Source: Squalus acanthias
Lineage: Eukaryota
Direction: 5' to 3'
Assembly (NCBI GenBank): GCA_030390025.1
Contig: CM059432.1
Coordinates: 138,138,001-138,202,000, forward strand
DNA: 64,000 bases
Shown here one piece after another: positions 50,630-63,617 of this stretch; position 1 is the stretch's first letter, and each line of letters starts with the position of its first letter. A program made the position numbers and the translations under genes. The notes beneath the pieces are model-generated. The model made no database searches. It had not been told where the DNA came from and worked only from the letters and a program-made list of their open reading frames with translations.

Positions 50630-51390
50630 CAACAACAACAGCTTGCATTTACATAGAGCCTTTAATGTAATAAAAAACATCCCAAGGTGCTTCACAGCAG
50701 CGATTATCAAACAAAATTTGACACCGAGCCACATAAGGAGATATTAGGACAGGTGACCAAAAGCTTGATCAGAGGGGTGGGTTTTAAGGAGCGTCTTAAA
50801 GGAGGAGAGAGAGGCGGAGAGGTTTTGTGAGGTAATTTCAGAGCTTAGGGCCCAGGCAGCGGAAGGCACGGCCGCCAATGGTGGAGCGAAGAAAATCGGG
50901 GGATGCTCAAGAGGCCAGAATTGGAGGAGCGCAGCGATCTCGGAGGGTTGTAGGGCTGGAATGACTCATTTGGAAAAAAACTGACTCAAACATAGACACA
51001 TAGGAACAGGAGGAGGACATTCAGCCCATCGAGCCTGTTCTGCCATTCAATTAGATCATGGCTGATCTGTATCTCAACTCCATAAGGGTTCCGTAACCCT
51101 TAATACACTTGCCTAACAAAAATCTATCAATCTCGGTTTAGAAATTTTCAATTGACCCCCAGCCTCAGCAGCTTTTTGGGGGAGAGTGTTCCAGATTTCC
51201 ATTACCCTGTGTGTGAAGAATTGCTTCCTGACATCATCCTTGAACGAGCTTGCTCTAATTTTAAGGTTACGTCCCCTTGTTCTGGACTCCCCCCACCAGA
51301 GGAAATAGTTTCTCTCTATCTACCCTATCAACTGCTTTAATCATCTTAAACACCTCAATTGGATCACCCCTTAATCTTCTATGCTTGAGG
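50630..51390 (-). mobile_element. L2 3' tail (50630-50960) followed by a CR1 3' fragment (50990-51390)
   Basis: Matches other copies in the window. Confidence 0.85.
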
Positions 51391-51964
51391 GAATACTGCA
51401 GGGTCGAATCTCCTGTTTTCCGTGCGGTAATCCTCCAAGATTCTATAGTTTACAATTTCATTACAGATGGTGCACAGAGGACATAAATGTTTCAGGCTAC
51501 TTGCTTCCAATCCTCTGCCAATGTCACTCTTCAACTGGTCCCGTTGTGTGTGGTTGGCATTGTCCCTCCCTCCCTGCAGGAAATGGCACCCCATCCTTTG
51601 ACAGAAGGCCTAAGAGTGGGTACTCACATGTTATATCATGGATGTGAAAGAACATCCTGTCAGCCCAGAAAGGTCAGTGACGCACATGCATGCATTTCTT
51701 TTCTGTTTTTTTTATTCATATTCTTTTTGTCGAATTGTCTTTCAGATATTTTATTTCTTTGCTTTTGCAATCTTACTTTTTTTTGTTCCAGAACTTATTA
51801 AATTTAATGTCCCTCCTATGAAGCAGTCATAACCATACGTAAGTTACTTTCTAAAAAGAAGCAAGTTGGAAACCGAACTTGTAACGACATCTTCTCACCC
51901 ATAGTCACCTGTTCACATGCACTCTGACATTACCAAACTCATAGCAAAGTATGTGGTTTTTTTA

Positions 51965-52360
51965 TTCATTCACGGGATGTGGGCATCGCTGGCAAGGCCA
52001 GCATTTATTGCTCATTCCTAATTGCCCTTGAGAAGGTGGTGGTGAGTCGCCTTCTTGAACCGCTGCAGTCCATGTGGTGAAGGTGCTCCCACAGTGCTGT
52101 TAGGTCAAGAGTTCCAGGAGCTTGACCCAGCAACGATGAAGGAACGGCCGATATATTTCCAATTCAGGATGGTGTGTGACTTGGAGGGGAATTTAGATGT
52201 GGTGATGTTCCCATGCGCCTGCTGCCCTTGTCCTTCTAAATGGTAGAGATCACAAATTTGGGAGGTGCTGTCAAAGAAGCCTGGGCGAGTTGCTGCAGTG
52301 CACCTTGTAGATGGTACACACCGCAGACACATTGCGCCGGTGGTGGAAGGAGTGAATGTG
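51965..52360 (-). mobile_element. 3' end of the LINE family seen at 3388-3765
   Basis: Overlapping sequence cttgtagatggtacacac...ccggtggtgga.ggagtgaatg. Confidence 0.8.
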
Positions 52361-53104
52361 TGATTAAATTAGGACTGGCCAGAAATCAGCTAAAACCTAA
52401 TCAATAATACCTCAACCTGCTTTTTAAGATACGCATTATTTTTTATTAAATCACCACACTTGTGTGTACTTTGTATATTTTCATCTAAGTTTTCCTACTT
52501 CCAATATGGCATTTAGCTTTTGTGTGGAGCACAAAGTGCAAAGACACAACATTCCATTCATAGTGCATTGTGACTAAGGTTAGATTTATTTGGTGAAATC
52601 AAAGTAGATCTACATCCAATATAAGAATCGAGTTTGGAATGTTGATGCTTTTCCCCATCTTCCGCACCCACCCTCAGCTCCCCACCTTGCTGAATTGATT
52701 TCAAAGAGTATTAAGAATGTTTATTAATCTTAATGGTTTCAATAAATTATGTAAATTAATTCCGATCGTAGTTCATGGCATAACAAAGATTACTTTTCTG
52801 CTCTAGCTGAATTGTGTCGCAATGTGTCATTTTACTGGATTGCTAGATCAACCTATTTAATGCTGTTTATGTTTGGTATTTATTCCATTGGTTATCAATT
52901 TCTTTTTTAAAATACACTCTTTTAAATCCATTCGCTTTTTGACTTAGTGTAATTTTAATTTTTGAGTTTTCCACTTCTGAGCAGATTAAGAGAGTGTAAA
53001 CATTTTATTGTCTGTTTCCATATTAAAGGTTTCTATAATCCACTTGTCGCCACGTGTTATGCATCTGTGGTTCCTATAGTGATCTGACACCCCTGCAGTG
53101 ACTT

Positions 53105-53430
53105 GGTGAGGTGCCGTCTTTCGGGTGAGACGTTAAAGCGAGGCCCCGTCTGCCCTCTCAGGTGGACGCAAAAGATCCCACGGCACTATTCGAAGAAGAG
53201 CAGGGGGAGTTCTCCCCAGTGTCCTGGGGCCAATATTTATCCCTCAACCAACATCACTAAAAAACACAGATTATCTGGTCATTATCACATTGCTGTTTGT
53301 GGGACTTTACTGTGCAGAAATTGGCTGCTGCAATTCCTACATTACAACAGTGACTACGTTTCAAAAGTACTTCATTGGCTGTAAAGCGCTTTGGGACGTC
53401 CTGAGGTTATGAAAGTCGCTGCAAGTTCTT
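53105..53430 (+). mobile_element. Headless Deu-domain SINE
   Basis: SINE core and tail. Confidence 0.85.
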
Positions 53431-53939
53431 TTTTTCTGGCAAATCTATCTTTTTAATCCCAATTCCCTCCTTTTTTTCCTCATTGGGCCAATAATACAAT
53501 CTTTGGCCCCCAGTAGCCGACTCTCTACATTATGCAGCACTGAAGTCTTTAAGTGCACAACACTTAAGCTAAAACAATCTGGAGCCGCCTGTGGCAATTA
53601 GCCTCTGTGCACTTGTACACCTCATGCAGACCCTGAGTTTCCTGTTAATTAGCGGATGTCCCCCCATAATCAATGCAGCATAGAAGGAGGCTATTTAGTC
53701 CATTGTGCCTGTGTCAGCGCTTGATCTACCGAAATCCCATTTCCCCTGCCCTTTGCTTGTATAGATTTGGAGAGCCTGGACAGTCGACTAGACAAGGCAC
53801 CCATATAAAACAAACACTGTCTTCGGTTGGCTATCTGATGTAAAAGGTGTATTTCAGATTTCTGCATAACTGTTTGCCATTCACTGCTTCTGTACAATGT
53901 TGCTTAGAAAAGCTTGACGTGCCATGTAGAGACAATCTG

Positions 53940-54400
53940 ATCACGAAGGCATTGCTGCAAGGGTCAAGTCAGGTGGTGCGAATGGCCGATGAACGAATCC
54001 CGAAGAATATCTTTTATGGCGCACTGACAACCGGGAAACGATTTTTTGTGGCGCTCAGCAAAAGAGATATAAAGGCTGCTTAAAAGCTACTCTGAAACAA
54101 TACGCGATAGATGTCCATAAATGCGGACAACTTGCTCGGGATAAGAAAGCCTGGTGAAAAAAACGTCCATGAAGCCCGTCCCACCATGAGGCCCGTCGCA
54201 TTGGCTGATGCAGAATGTAAACGCCACCTGAGGAAGTCTCGCTTGAAAAATCAAGATTCCCAACCCGGTGTATCCGGGATCCACTGTTCAATCTGCGGAC
54301 GGTCATTTCCAGCACAAATCAGTCTCATCAGTCATCAGAGAACTCACCGCGAAAAAAAATGAGATGATATTCCGTCTTGCCTTTCATCGATCTCGAAGGA
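53940..54400 (+). mobile_element. RTE-clade LINE C-terminal fragment
   Basis: VVRMADERIPKNIFYGALTTGKR...KRDIK, ending in CSICGRSFPAQISLISHQRTH. Confidence 0.75.
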
Positions 54401-55420
54401 CAATTGAACTATGTTGCTGTTCTGTAAGATAGGAATCAAGTGAAACTTACTGGACCCTGACCGACAGCTTCTTAAAGCTGTGCTGTATCTGTTATTTGTG
54501 CCTATTTCCACACTGGATGGTCACTGTGAGAATACATGGAATGCTTCACCACAATTTAGGTTGAGACTACAATATTATTCAGGAAAAAAATTATCAAAGG
54601 ATACAGGGAATGGGCAGGTGGAAATGTGATTAGAGTAGATCCAGCTCTGTCTGAATGGCCTCCCTGTATGCTGCAATTTCTCTGTATATCCCAATGGCCA
54701 TACCTCTCTATTTTCAGGTCCTAAGGGAGGAGACATGACAAACAGGTGCGTTTGCACCTCCTGGGGAGTAATGAGAACCTATCCTTACTCTACCAGGTGC
54801 GCTCAGAGCCAGACACTCGTACCTGGACATGTCAGATGAAATCTGGGGCCAGAAACTAGGCTTTCCCAAAGAGGTCATTGTTGTCCTTTGACTGCAACCA
54901 TAAACCTTTATGCAGCAGGATTGCCCCAAGTAAGAGTAGGAGATATCTTCAAAAAAAACTCAGAACCTGCACTGCACACTTGGATCGTGTAGGTCACAGA
55001 TGCCTTGGTTGCCCTCCCTCTCAATTCATCAGTGTTCCCGAACACACTCAGCACCAGAGAGCCCTGCGCTTTTATGCTAAAGTGAAATCCATCCCGATGG
55101 GCCTCAACCACCAATGCCAGCCCTCTCATCAACAGAAAGGCGTGCCACGCACAGTGTCGGCAGCCAGTCTGTGACCACAGATGGCTGAATCATGCGTGCT
55201 AAGGCCTGCTTACCCTAATAGATGCTATGATTAATTCCTTTTATCCCCAATCTACGATTCCACCGTTAGTTGAAGGGACAGGAAAATGCGATAGATGGCA
55301 CTAGAGGAACAGATTTATCCATTGCAGCCATGGCTGTTTACCCAACTGAGGAACCCAAGAGAAAGAGGAGAAAAGCAATATAATGATCCGCACTCTGCTG
55401 CCAGGGTACTTAGTTGAGCA

Positions 55421-55679
55421 TTGGGTTGCCAACTCTCCAGGATTGTCCTGGAGTCTCCAGGAATTAAAGATTAATCACCAGGACACTGCTGCAAGTAACC
55501 CGGGAGAAAAATCATAGGGGCATTAAAACAAATTGTGCGTGCTTTTTTTTTTCATTTTGTTTTTTGAACACTTTTGGTAATTAGTTATAAAAATGTTGGA
55601 GACTGGGCGGGGCGGTTGGAGGAGGGAGAACGTGTGATGCAACCTCCAGGAACACATCAAACGAGAGTTGGTAACCCTA
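55421..55679. mobile_element. hAT-type MITE (family of 45678-45948, opposite orientation)
   Basis: Ends ttgggttgccaac / gttggtaacccta; TSD gttgagca / gttcagca. Confidence 0.8.
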
Positions 55680-57317
55680 GTTCAGCACGTAGTTTGACAA
55701 CCCGAAACAAAAGTTCAAATAACTCGTCCAATTTGGGGCATGTTAAACTTCTGGCAAAATGGTATTAAGGGTTACGGAACCACGGCGGGTAGATGGGGTT
55801 AAGGTACAGATCAGCCATGATCTAATCGAATGGCGGAACAGGCTCGAGGGGCTGACTAGCCTCCTCCTGTTCCTATGTTCCCATGCTGCAGTACACTCTA
55901 GCCATGGTGGCTAGAATTATAGTATCCAGTTGCATTTTATATAAATTCACACTGCAAAGAAGTCTTAGCATGGAACAGGCTGCAGGAGACATGTCTGCCC
56001 AAACAAGTGGCCAATAAGCTCGTGATAAGACAGTTTTGAATAGAAGAAACTTTCAATTAACTACAGCCAAAATACAAGTCATAAGCTCGCTACCCTAGCC
56101 AATCGAACTGTTTTGAAGGCAAACATAAAACAGTCGAACTCCAAGCAAAAGCTTGTTAGCAGAAGTCAGAATTCAGTTGTAAAAGGCATAAAATAGGCCA
56201 AGACATGCCCAGAAGTTAACCAGCAGCCTAAAAAAACAGCAGCTCACCTATCTGGTGGGGATGAGCCCTTTAAATAGCACTGCTGCAGGGTCCTTGCTGC
56301 CTGTTAGCACCACAATTTGCTGAGCGTGTTTATCACATGGCAATTTAGGCAGGTCAATTTAATAAAAGGATCCCACAACAACAAGCATAGGACCGTTAAT
56401 TAAATATTTTAATGAGCCTTTTTTGCATGCTCCCTGGCGCACACCCTGGACACCGACAGAGGAGGCCGATCCAATGTGACGGAGCGCACAGTTCCGGTGT
56501 GGAATGAGCGCGGCCACGCCACCTGCCGTATGGACCCATAGGCGCCCGTTTTACGCTTGTAAAGATGGGCGCAGTGCGCGATCGAATGTCTGAACCATTG
56601 AGTTGAAACAGCAATGAAGTGCACTCCTTCTTTAAGTGCCAATAATGACTGGATTTGCATTGCTAATGTCATTACTGCACAGTCTGGATACAAAAGCCCA
56701 ACACCCACTGAGAAAATACCCTGTGGCAACTTGAAGAACAGCAGGAAACACACCAGAGTCATAACTGTCCCCAACCGCACACTTGCTACTGGTGCGATTA
56801 ATTACTCTGACAATATTTTCAAACTTCATAATAGTACTATTGCACAAACACACTATTACAGCATCGAGGTTCATCTACGTAACAGATGGTGACACAAGGA
56901 AGATCCTTCGAAAAAGAAGAAAAATAAAACACACAAAGAATGATACAGCACAGAAGGAGGCCATTCGGCCCATCGTGCCTGTGCCGGCTCTTTGAAAGAA
57001 CTATCCAATTAGTCCCACTTCCCCCTGCTCTTTTCCCGTAGCCCTGCACAATTTTTCCCCTTCAAATATTTATCCGAGGAAGTGATGCGATGTTACAATG
57101 TCTTACTCAGGCACACCATTTTCCTACAAAAAAACACAACCCCAGTGACAAAAGAAAAAGACAATCACAATCCAGGACCAGTATGGCATGAAGGCCAACC
57201 CATAGAAATAATTACAATCATAATACAAGCCATGCTGAACACTGCGCAGATAACCCAGGAAAAACCATTGACTGATCACTCAAAGGAAAATATCTGAATC
57301 AAAAATTACGTAACAAT

Positions 57318-57600
57318 CAGATTTAAGATAATTGGCAAAAGAGCCAGAGGGGGAGATGAGGAGAATTTTGTTACACAGCGAGTTGTTATGATCTGGAATG
57401 CACTGCCTGAAAGAGTGTTGAAAGCAGATTCAATAGTAAATTTCAAAAGGGAATTGGATAAATACCTGAAGGGGAGAAAATTTGCAGGACTATGGGGAAA
57501 GAGCAGGGGGGAGTGGGACTAATTAGATTAGCTCTTTCAAAGAGCCGGCACAGACACGATGGGCCAAACGGCCTCCTTCTGTGCTGTACCATTCTATTCT
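57318..57600 (+). mobile_element. CR1 3' fragment
   Basis: CR1 C-terminus and 3' UTR. Confidence 0.85.
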
Positions 57601-57862
57601 AAACCAAATGATATAAGGCACCGACCATGATCCAAAGATATCAACAGCTACAGCCAACCCAGTCTCGGCAACTTTGAAACCTTGCACCACAGATATATTG
57701 ATATACCCAATCGGAAACTTGGCATTAACCACACTGCTATCTTCAGCCACCAACACACGACACGATACAGCTCCTAATGCAAAAAAAAATCAACCTTACC
57801 CTCACGTTATCATTCATACCTGGTGGTGCGAATGTGGAATTCACCACCACATGCTGTTGTTG

Positions 57863-58210
57863 TAGGGTTGTCAACCCTGGTTGGACGTTTTCCTGGAGGT
57901 TTATCACGTGACCTCAAGCCTCCAACCGCCATCGATCGCCTAAAAGTCCATCCTCGCGGTTTAACGCCTTTCCCCACCAATTGGAAGGCAAACAGACTCT
58001 TCATTACCAGCTTGGATGATTCTGGACTGTCAAACTACATTTTTTTCCAATCTCCCAATATTTGTTTAGAAATAAATGAAAGTGTTCAAAGAGAACGAAA
58101 GAAAAACTTTTTTAACACCCCCCCCCCCCTCTGATTTTTCTCCCGGTTGTTGCTCGCTGCAGTGTCCTGGAGATTAATCTTTAATTCCTGGAGACTCCAG
58201 GACAATCCTA
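57863..58210. mobile_element. hAT-type MITE (same family) inside a CR1 3' end; right TIR lost
   Basis: tagggttgtcaacc...cctggagactccaggacaatcc. Confidence 0.75.
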
Positions 58211-58795
58211 ACTGGTTGAGGCGAATAGCACAGATGCATTTATGGAGAAGCTAGATAAGTACATGAGGGAGAAAGGAATAGAAGGTTATGCTGATGGGGT
58301 GAGATGAAGGGAGGTGGGAGGAGGCTGGTGTGGGGCATAAACACCGGCACGGACCAGTTGGGCCGAATGGCCTGTTCCTGTGCTGTACATTCAATGTATT
58401 TCTATGTATCTCAGAGGAACATCAGACTTCAATATGAAGGCTCTCCAATGTTTGTTGAAAGCTATTACTATTTCATGTTTCTTTGAAAGTTTTACCTTGG
58501 CTGAAGTTATAATATTTATTGTTATCAATTTATTTTGATCTTATTAGCTACAATGATTTAAAGTTTGCTGCAATTTCTATTTCTTGAAAGATGACTTTCA
58601 TTAGAACAAAAATGCAACGGACTTGGCTGTTTCCTATGGGAACACCTTGTGATTGCAGCACAGTTCAGCAACAGTGTATCATGCAGGTCACAGTAACCTA
58701 CTACCGATTTAAATCTCAGCAGAATAGAAGTATCATGTTGTCACAATCATTTTTTTAAATAACGTAATTAAATCGGTAAAATCTGTCAATAGGTA

Positions 58796-59150
58796 CTGGA
58801 AACTCTCGTTTAAACGGCACCTAAATATCCGGAACTCTCTAATAACCGGCAGAATTCATACTCCGAAAACTACAGTATACAGTCGTTTATAAGTTTTGTT
58901 TTACTGTTAAGTAATTAAAGAGTTATGGATTACCCTCAACTGGCATTACTGTACTTAATCAAGCATCTTCCACCATCCATTTAACACAACATTCTGTAGG
59001 GGAGTACCCAATTATACTGCATATTTCTTGATTTTTTTATTTTTGTTTGTTAAAAATAGCCTCGGTAGATATACCTCTCCGTTATCCGGAATTTTTAATC
59101 AACTGGCACCATCCCGGTCCCATCGGTGCCGGATACGAAAGAGTTTCCTG
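58796..59150. mobile_element. Tc1/mariner (Tigger/pogo-like) MITE
   Basis: TIRs ta|ctggaaactctcgtttaaacggcacc and ggtgccggatacgaaagagtttcctg|ta, with a TA TSD. Confidence 0.7.
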
Positions 59151-59494
59151 TAATATAAACAAGATACATATTTGGACCCGGTGGTATATAAAAGATAAAT
59201 CACTGAGAGAGCCAGAGCAGCGTAACTCATAACCTCTTATTATTCAGTCGAATTAAAGATGGTTTGGTTTATAGGAATGGTGCAGACTGCTGCTGCTTTA
59301 CTTTGTGTACGCTGTATCTATCAATTATAATCACAAACAGACTGCCCATAGATGCCACAAGATCTTGTCGTTGCATTCTTTCTTCTGCGAACTACCCCAG
59401 CTGTCTGACTGTTGTTATCCCTCTCTCAGGTCTCCCAATAGACAGAACTACATTCTCAATTTTCATATTCCACTCAGTGTTTTCCCAGCTGAAA

Positions 59495-59945
59495 AGAAAG
59501 AACTTGCATTTCTATCGTGCTTTTCGAGACCTCAGGGCTTCCCCAAAGCGCTTTACAGCCAATGAAGTACTATTTGAAGCGTAGTCACTGTTGTAATGTA
59601 GCAGCCAAGTTGCACACAGCAAGCTCCCACAAACAGCAATGAGATAAATGACCAGATAATCTGTTTTAGTGATGCTGGTTAAGGAATAAATATTGGACAG
59701 GACACTAGGAAGAACTCCCCTGCTCTTCTTTGAAATAGTGCCATGGGATCTATTTACATCTACCTGAGCAGGCAGATGGGGCCTCGGTTTAATGTCTCAT
59801 CTGAAAGACAGCACATTCCAACAATGCAGCACTCCCTCAGTAATGTACTGGAATGTCAGCCTCAATTATGTGCTCAAGTCTCTGGAGTGGGGCTTGAACC
59901 CACAACCTTCTGATAGCAGAGGCAGAGTGTGCTACCCACAGAGCC
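59495..59945 (-). mobile_element. Deu-domain SINE (SacSINE1-like)
   Basis: Full-length reverse complement of the SINE. Confidence 0.88.
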
Positions 59946-60229
59946 ACCAAAGATGGCCAGCATGCCATTAAAAGGGTGCACACAAATTTCTGATATGCAC
60001 GACCAGAGAGCGAGGCTCCTCGCCAGGAGTCTGAAATTGGGAAATTAACCCTTTCCGATGCCTAGAGTTACTCCTTAAAATATTGAATGTGGCTTCAATA
60101 TACAGCAAGGAGATTTCAGAAACGAGAGAGAGAGAGAAGTCTGATATCTATCTACTTCTGTCCTGGTCATCCTTGAAGCAATTTTCTGGAGACCTACCTG
60201 GGGGTGTTGGTTTTCGTTGCTTACTAAAT

Positions 60230-60545
60230 GTACATAGAATTTACAGCACAGAAACAGGCCATTCGGCCCAACTGGTCTAGTCACCTCAACCACTCCCTGT
60301 GGTAGCGAGTTCCACATTCTATCCACTCTCTGAGTAAAGACATTTCTCCTGAATTCCCTATTGGATTTATTAGTGACTGTCTTATATTTATGACCCCTTG
60401 TTTTGGACTCCCCACAAGTGGAAACATCGCTACGTCTACCCTATTGAACCCCTTCAATAATCTTAAAGACCTCGATCAGGTCACTTCTCAGCCTTCTCTT
60501 TTCTAGAGAAAAGAGCCCCAGCCTGTTCAATATTTCCAGATAGTT
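60230..60545 (-). mobile_element. CR1 3' fragment
   Basis: Same family as 10660-11270. Confidence 0.8.
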
Positions 60546-60927
60546 AAGCAATCAAAGTAACTACTGCGCTAAAGCTGATGCCCATAAAATGCAAACATGT
60601 ACAGAGTGTTTAAGTAGGAATTTAAACATTTTTAATTTTAACAACTCTGTATGTGGAAATGTTTTTCTGGCCACACATGCAGTTTAAAAAAATAATTAAA
60701 TGACATTTTGAAGCTTTTTTCATACAGCCTATTTTTTTTATTAATACTAGATTTTAGGCACATTGTGTTTTCAATTGTAAAGTTTATTTTGAGGTGTCAG
60801 GTCCTAGAAAGACTCCATCAGAATCAATAGAACATGGGAAGTGAAGAGCAGGAAGCAGATAGGTGCAAACTGGAACTGAATCAACAAAATAAATCCGATG
60901 TTTTAGCTCACATCTGAGGTTAGATGG

Positions 60928-61870
60928 TCACAATCCTATCCAATGTCGCCTGCCACGTGTTGTTACGACTGTAAATCTAATTGGCATTCCTGTCCAGTTC
61001 GTTATAGCCTCCAGCCATCTTCTGCTGTGGTCTTCTTTTATTCTCTGCTCTTTCATTTCTCTCAGCATGATTGCCTTGCCTAACTGATCTCCTTCCCTTC
61101 TGGCTATGCAAAGTTTTAGAATATTCTTTACCGCACTAAGCATTGCTCTTGCGATCTTTAGTCTTTCGGACATCCATTTTGTGGTCCATTGGACTCTGAG
61201 GATCTATCGCTATCCCACATCTCAAAGGCTTGCAACATCTCTGAGAGCCGTGTCTCTTTCATTTCAGTGCCCATGCTTCACATCCATAGAGAGCTACCTC
61301 GTCACAGTTTATAGCAGTCCTCGTCATTCCACAAAATACCCTTTCAAATGTAGTACAACCTTGTTTACCAGGGCCAAGCTAGTTTTTATCTCTTCTGAAG
61401 ACTTGTTACACTCCATAGCCCCAGAATCCCAAACAGCACAGTGTGGACAGATGCAGAGTAAACTAACAAAAGAGGAAAGTCTGGTTCTTCGCCGCAACAC
61501 CATTTGTTAAGAAGTGTAAAGAGACCTGCATTATGACTGGCATACGATTTGTTATGGTATTCATGGAAACTAGACAGTCCTTTGTTGGTTTAAAGAAAAA
61601 TCATTTTTGGCAGTTAACAAATGTGCAAGTTCTAAAAGATACTCAGTACTCCAAAGGATTAATCTGCGCTGTTTCATTTCAGTGATGTGCGCCAATTTGT
61701 TTGATCCTCTATTTATTTTTTTATCTACTCATATTGATCCCTCGATATGTACCATCCTTTACTCTTTTCTTGGAGTTCAGCTTTTGAGCTCATAACATGC
61801 GGTGATGGTGGCAAATCGATTCAAAACTTCCTGTAGTTCTCTGTTGCTTTTGGTCATGTATACAATACAT
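60928..61870 (-). mobile_element. Highly degenerate RTE-clade LINE (RT and C-terminus)
   Basis: IARREGDQLGKAIML...RRWLEAITNWTG, plus TKSNRELQEVLNRF near 61810-61860. Confidence 0.7.
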
Positions 61871-61964
61871 ATTCCTACCTGGGGTATTCAACTTTCAGAC
61901 TAGCATGCCTTCTAGAAAGCCTTTGATTTTTATCCCCCTTTGCATTCAACCCCCCATTGAGATC

Positions 61965-62528
61965 ATAGAAATCATAGAAACCTACAGCACAGAAGGAGGC
62001 CATTCGGCCCGTCGTGCCTGTGCTGGCTCTTTGAAAGAGCAGTCGTGCTCAGTCCCACATCCCCGCTTTTTGTCCGTAACCCTGCAAGTTCCTCATCCTC
62101 AAGTAGCTGTTCAACTCCCTTTTAAAATTATTTATGGAATCAGCTTCCACCACCTTTTCAGGTGGAGCATTCCAGATTCTGACAACTCTCTGAGTGAAAA
62201 GAATTCTTCCCATCTCCCCTCTAGATCTTTTTCCAGTGATTTTAAATCTATGACCTCTGGTTATTGACCCACTCGCCAGAGGGAATAGTTTTTCTCTCTC
62301 TACTCTATCAAAACCTCGCATCATCTTGAAAACCTCCATTAGGTCACCTCTTAACCTTCTCTGTTCCAGGGAGAACAGACCTACCTTTTCCAACCTCTCC
62401 TCATAACTGAAGTCCCTCATCCCTGGTAACATCCTGGTAAACCTCCTCTGTACCCTTTCTAAGACCTTTACATCCTTCCTGAAGTGTGATGCCCAGAATT
62501 GTCCACAATACTCCAGTTGAGGCCTAAC
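61965..62528 (-). mobile_element. 5'-truncated CR1
   Basis: ORF 62049-62432. Confidence 0.9.
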
Positions 62529-63059
62529 GAGTTTTTAAGGCCATTTTACCCCAATTTAAAAGTGACCATTCGACTTTGATCCAATGACTTCACACAGCAG
62601 TCGGGCAATGGAGCCATGATTTAAGACTTGGTAAAAACAAATCTTAAACCGCTGTCATTTTGCAACAGACAGAATAAAGCGTGTTAATAGTATAAAAATG
62701 TAAACTAACGTAATTTACCATGAAAAAGAATTACTGTGTTTGGCAGGTTTAAAAATCAGTTGCATATGATCTTGAACAGAGCTGCCAACCAAAGGAGAAC
62801 ATAACAGGTCTCAAGACAAAACTGCATGGGGGATCATAGTTTGCACAGAATCAAGCTCAAAAGACAGAAGGTGAACAGAGAGTTTAGATATATCAGGGTA
62901 GAGAATTGGACCTCGTTGCTTACGAGCGGAATGAGTGCCAATTTAAGGGGCCAATGTCCTGTGCTCCAAGGACGCCTGAAAGGAATCCGTCACGATATTG
63001 GGCAGGGCCTAAAACAGGCGATAGGCCCCTTGCATATATTATTGAGGGGTCTAACGCAT

Positions 63060-63290
63060 GTTTCAGCTGCCTAGGCCCTAAGCTCTGGAATTCCATCCCT
63101 AAACCTCTCGGCCTCTCTCCCCTCCTTTAAGACGCTCCTTAAAATCTACCTCTTTGACCAAGCTTTTGGTCACCTGTCCTAATATCTCCTTATGTGGCTC
63201 GTTGTCAAATTTTTTCTGATAAAGCTCCTGTGAAGCGCCTTGGGACGTTTTACTATGTTAACGACGCTATATAAATTCAAGTTGTTGTTG
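63060..63290 (+). mobile_element. L2 3' tail
   Basis: L2 3' UTR and (TTG)n. Confidence 0.85.
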
Positions 63291-63364
63291 CTTCAGGACC
63301 CCTCAGGGAAATTGGGTTGCCATGAACAAAGCAGGTTTTGCCCAGGGGTGGTTGGGGCCCAGCG

Positions 63365-63617
63365 GGGATCTGGAATGGGAAGACGAGCAGCCAGAGGTCG
63401 TGGTTCATGTGGGGAACATAGGTTGGAGTAGGTTTGAGGTGCTGCAAGGGGACTTCAAGCAGCTAAATTATAGATTAAGATGCAGAAACTCCAGGGTAGC
63501 AACCCATTGGATCCAGTGCCACACACTGAACCAGACAGGGTAAGAAAGATTAGGATTGTCAACGCGTGGCTGGAAGAATGGTGCAGAAGAGAACCTTTCA
63601 GATTCTTGGGACACTAG
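63365..63617 (+). pseudogene. CR1 ORF1 SGNH-esterase domain remnant
   Basis: EDEQPEVVVHVG-NIG...EVLQGDFKQL..RLR.R.SRV, then VNAWLEEWCRREPFRFLGH in a shifted frame. Confidence 0.7.

Noticed and set aside
54111..54362. ORF ending in a C2H2-like motif (CSICGRSFPAQISLISHQRTH), as a further exon of the zinc-finger gene
   Set aside because: It follows RMADERIPK..FYG.L..GKR, the RTE LINE C-terminus, which commonly ends in such a finger. It also lies beyond the gene's stop codon.
54720..55200. Possible Tx1/L1 ORF2 C-terminal relic
   Set aside because: Only faint motif resemblance across broken frames; not enough to call.
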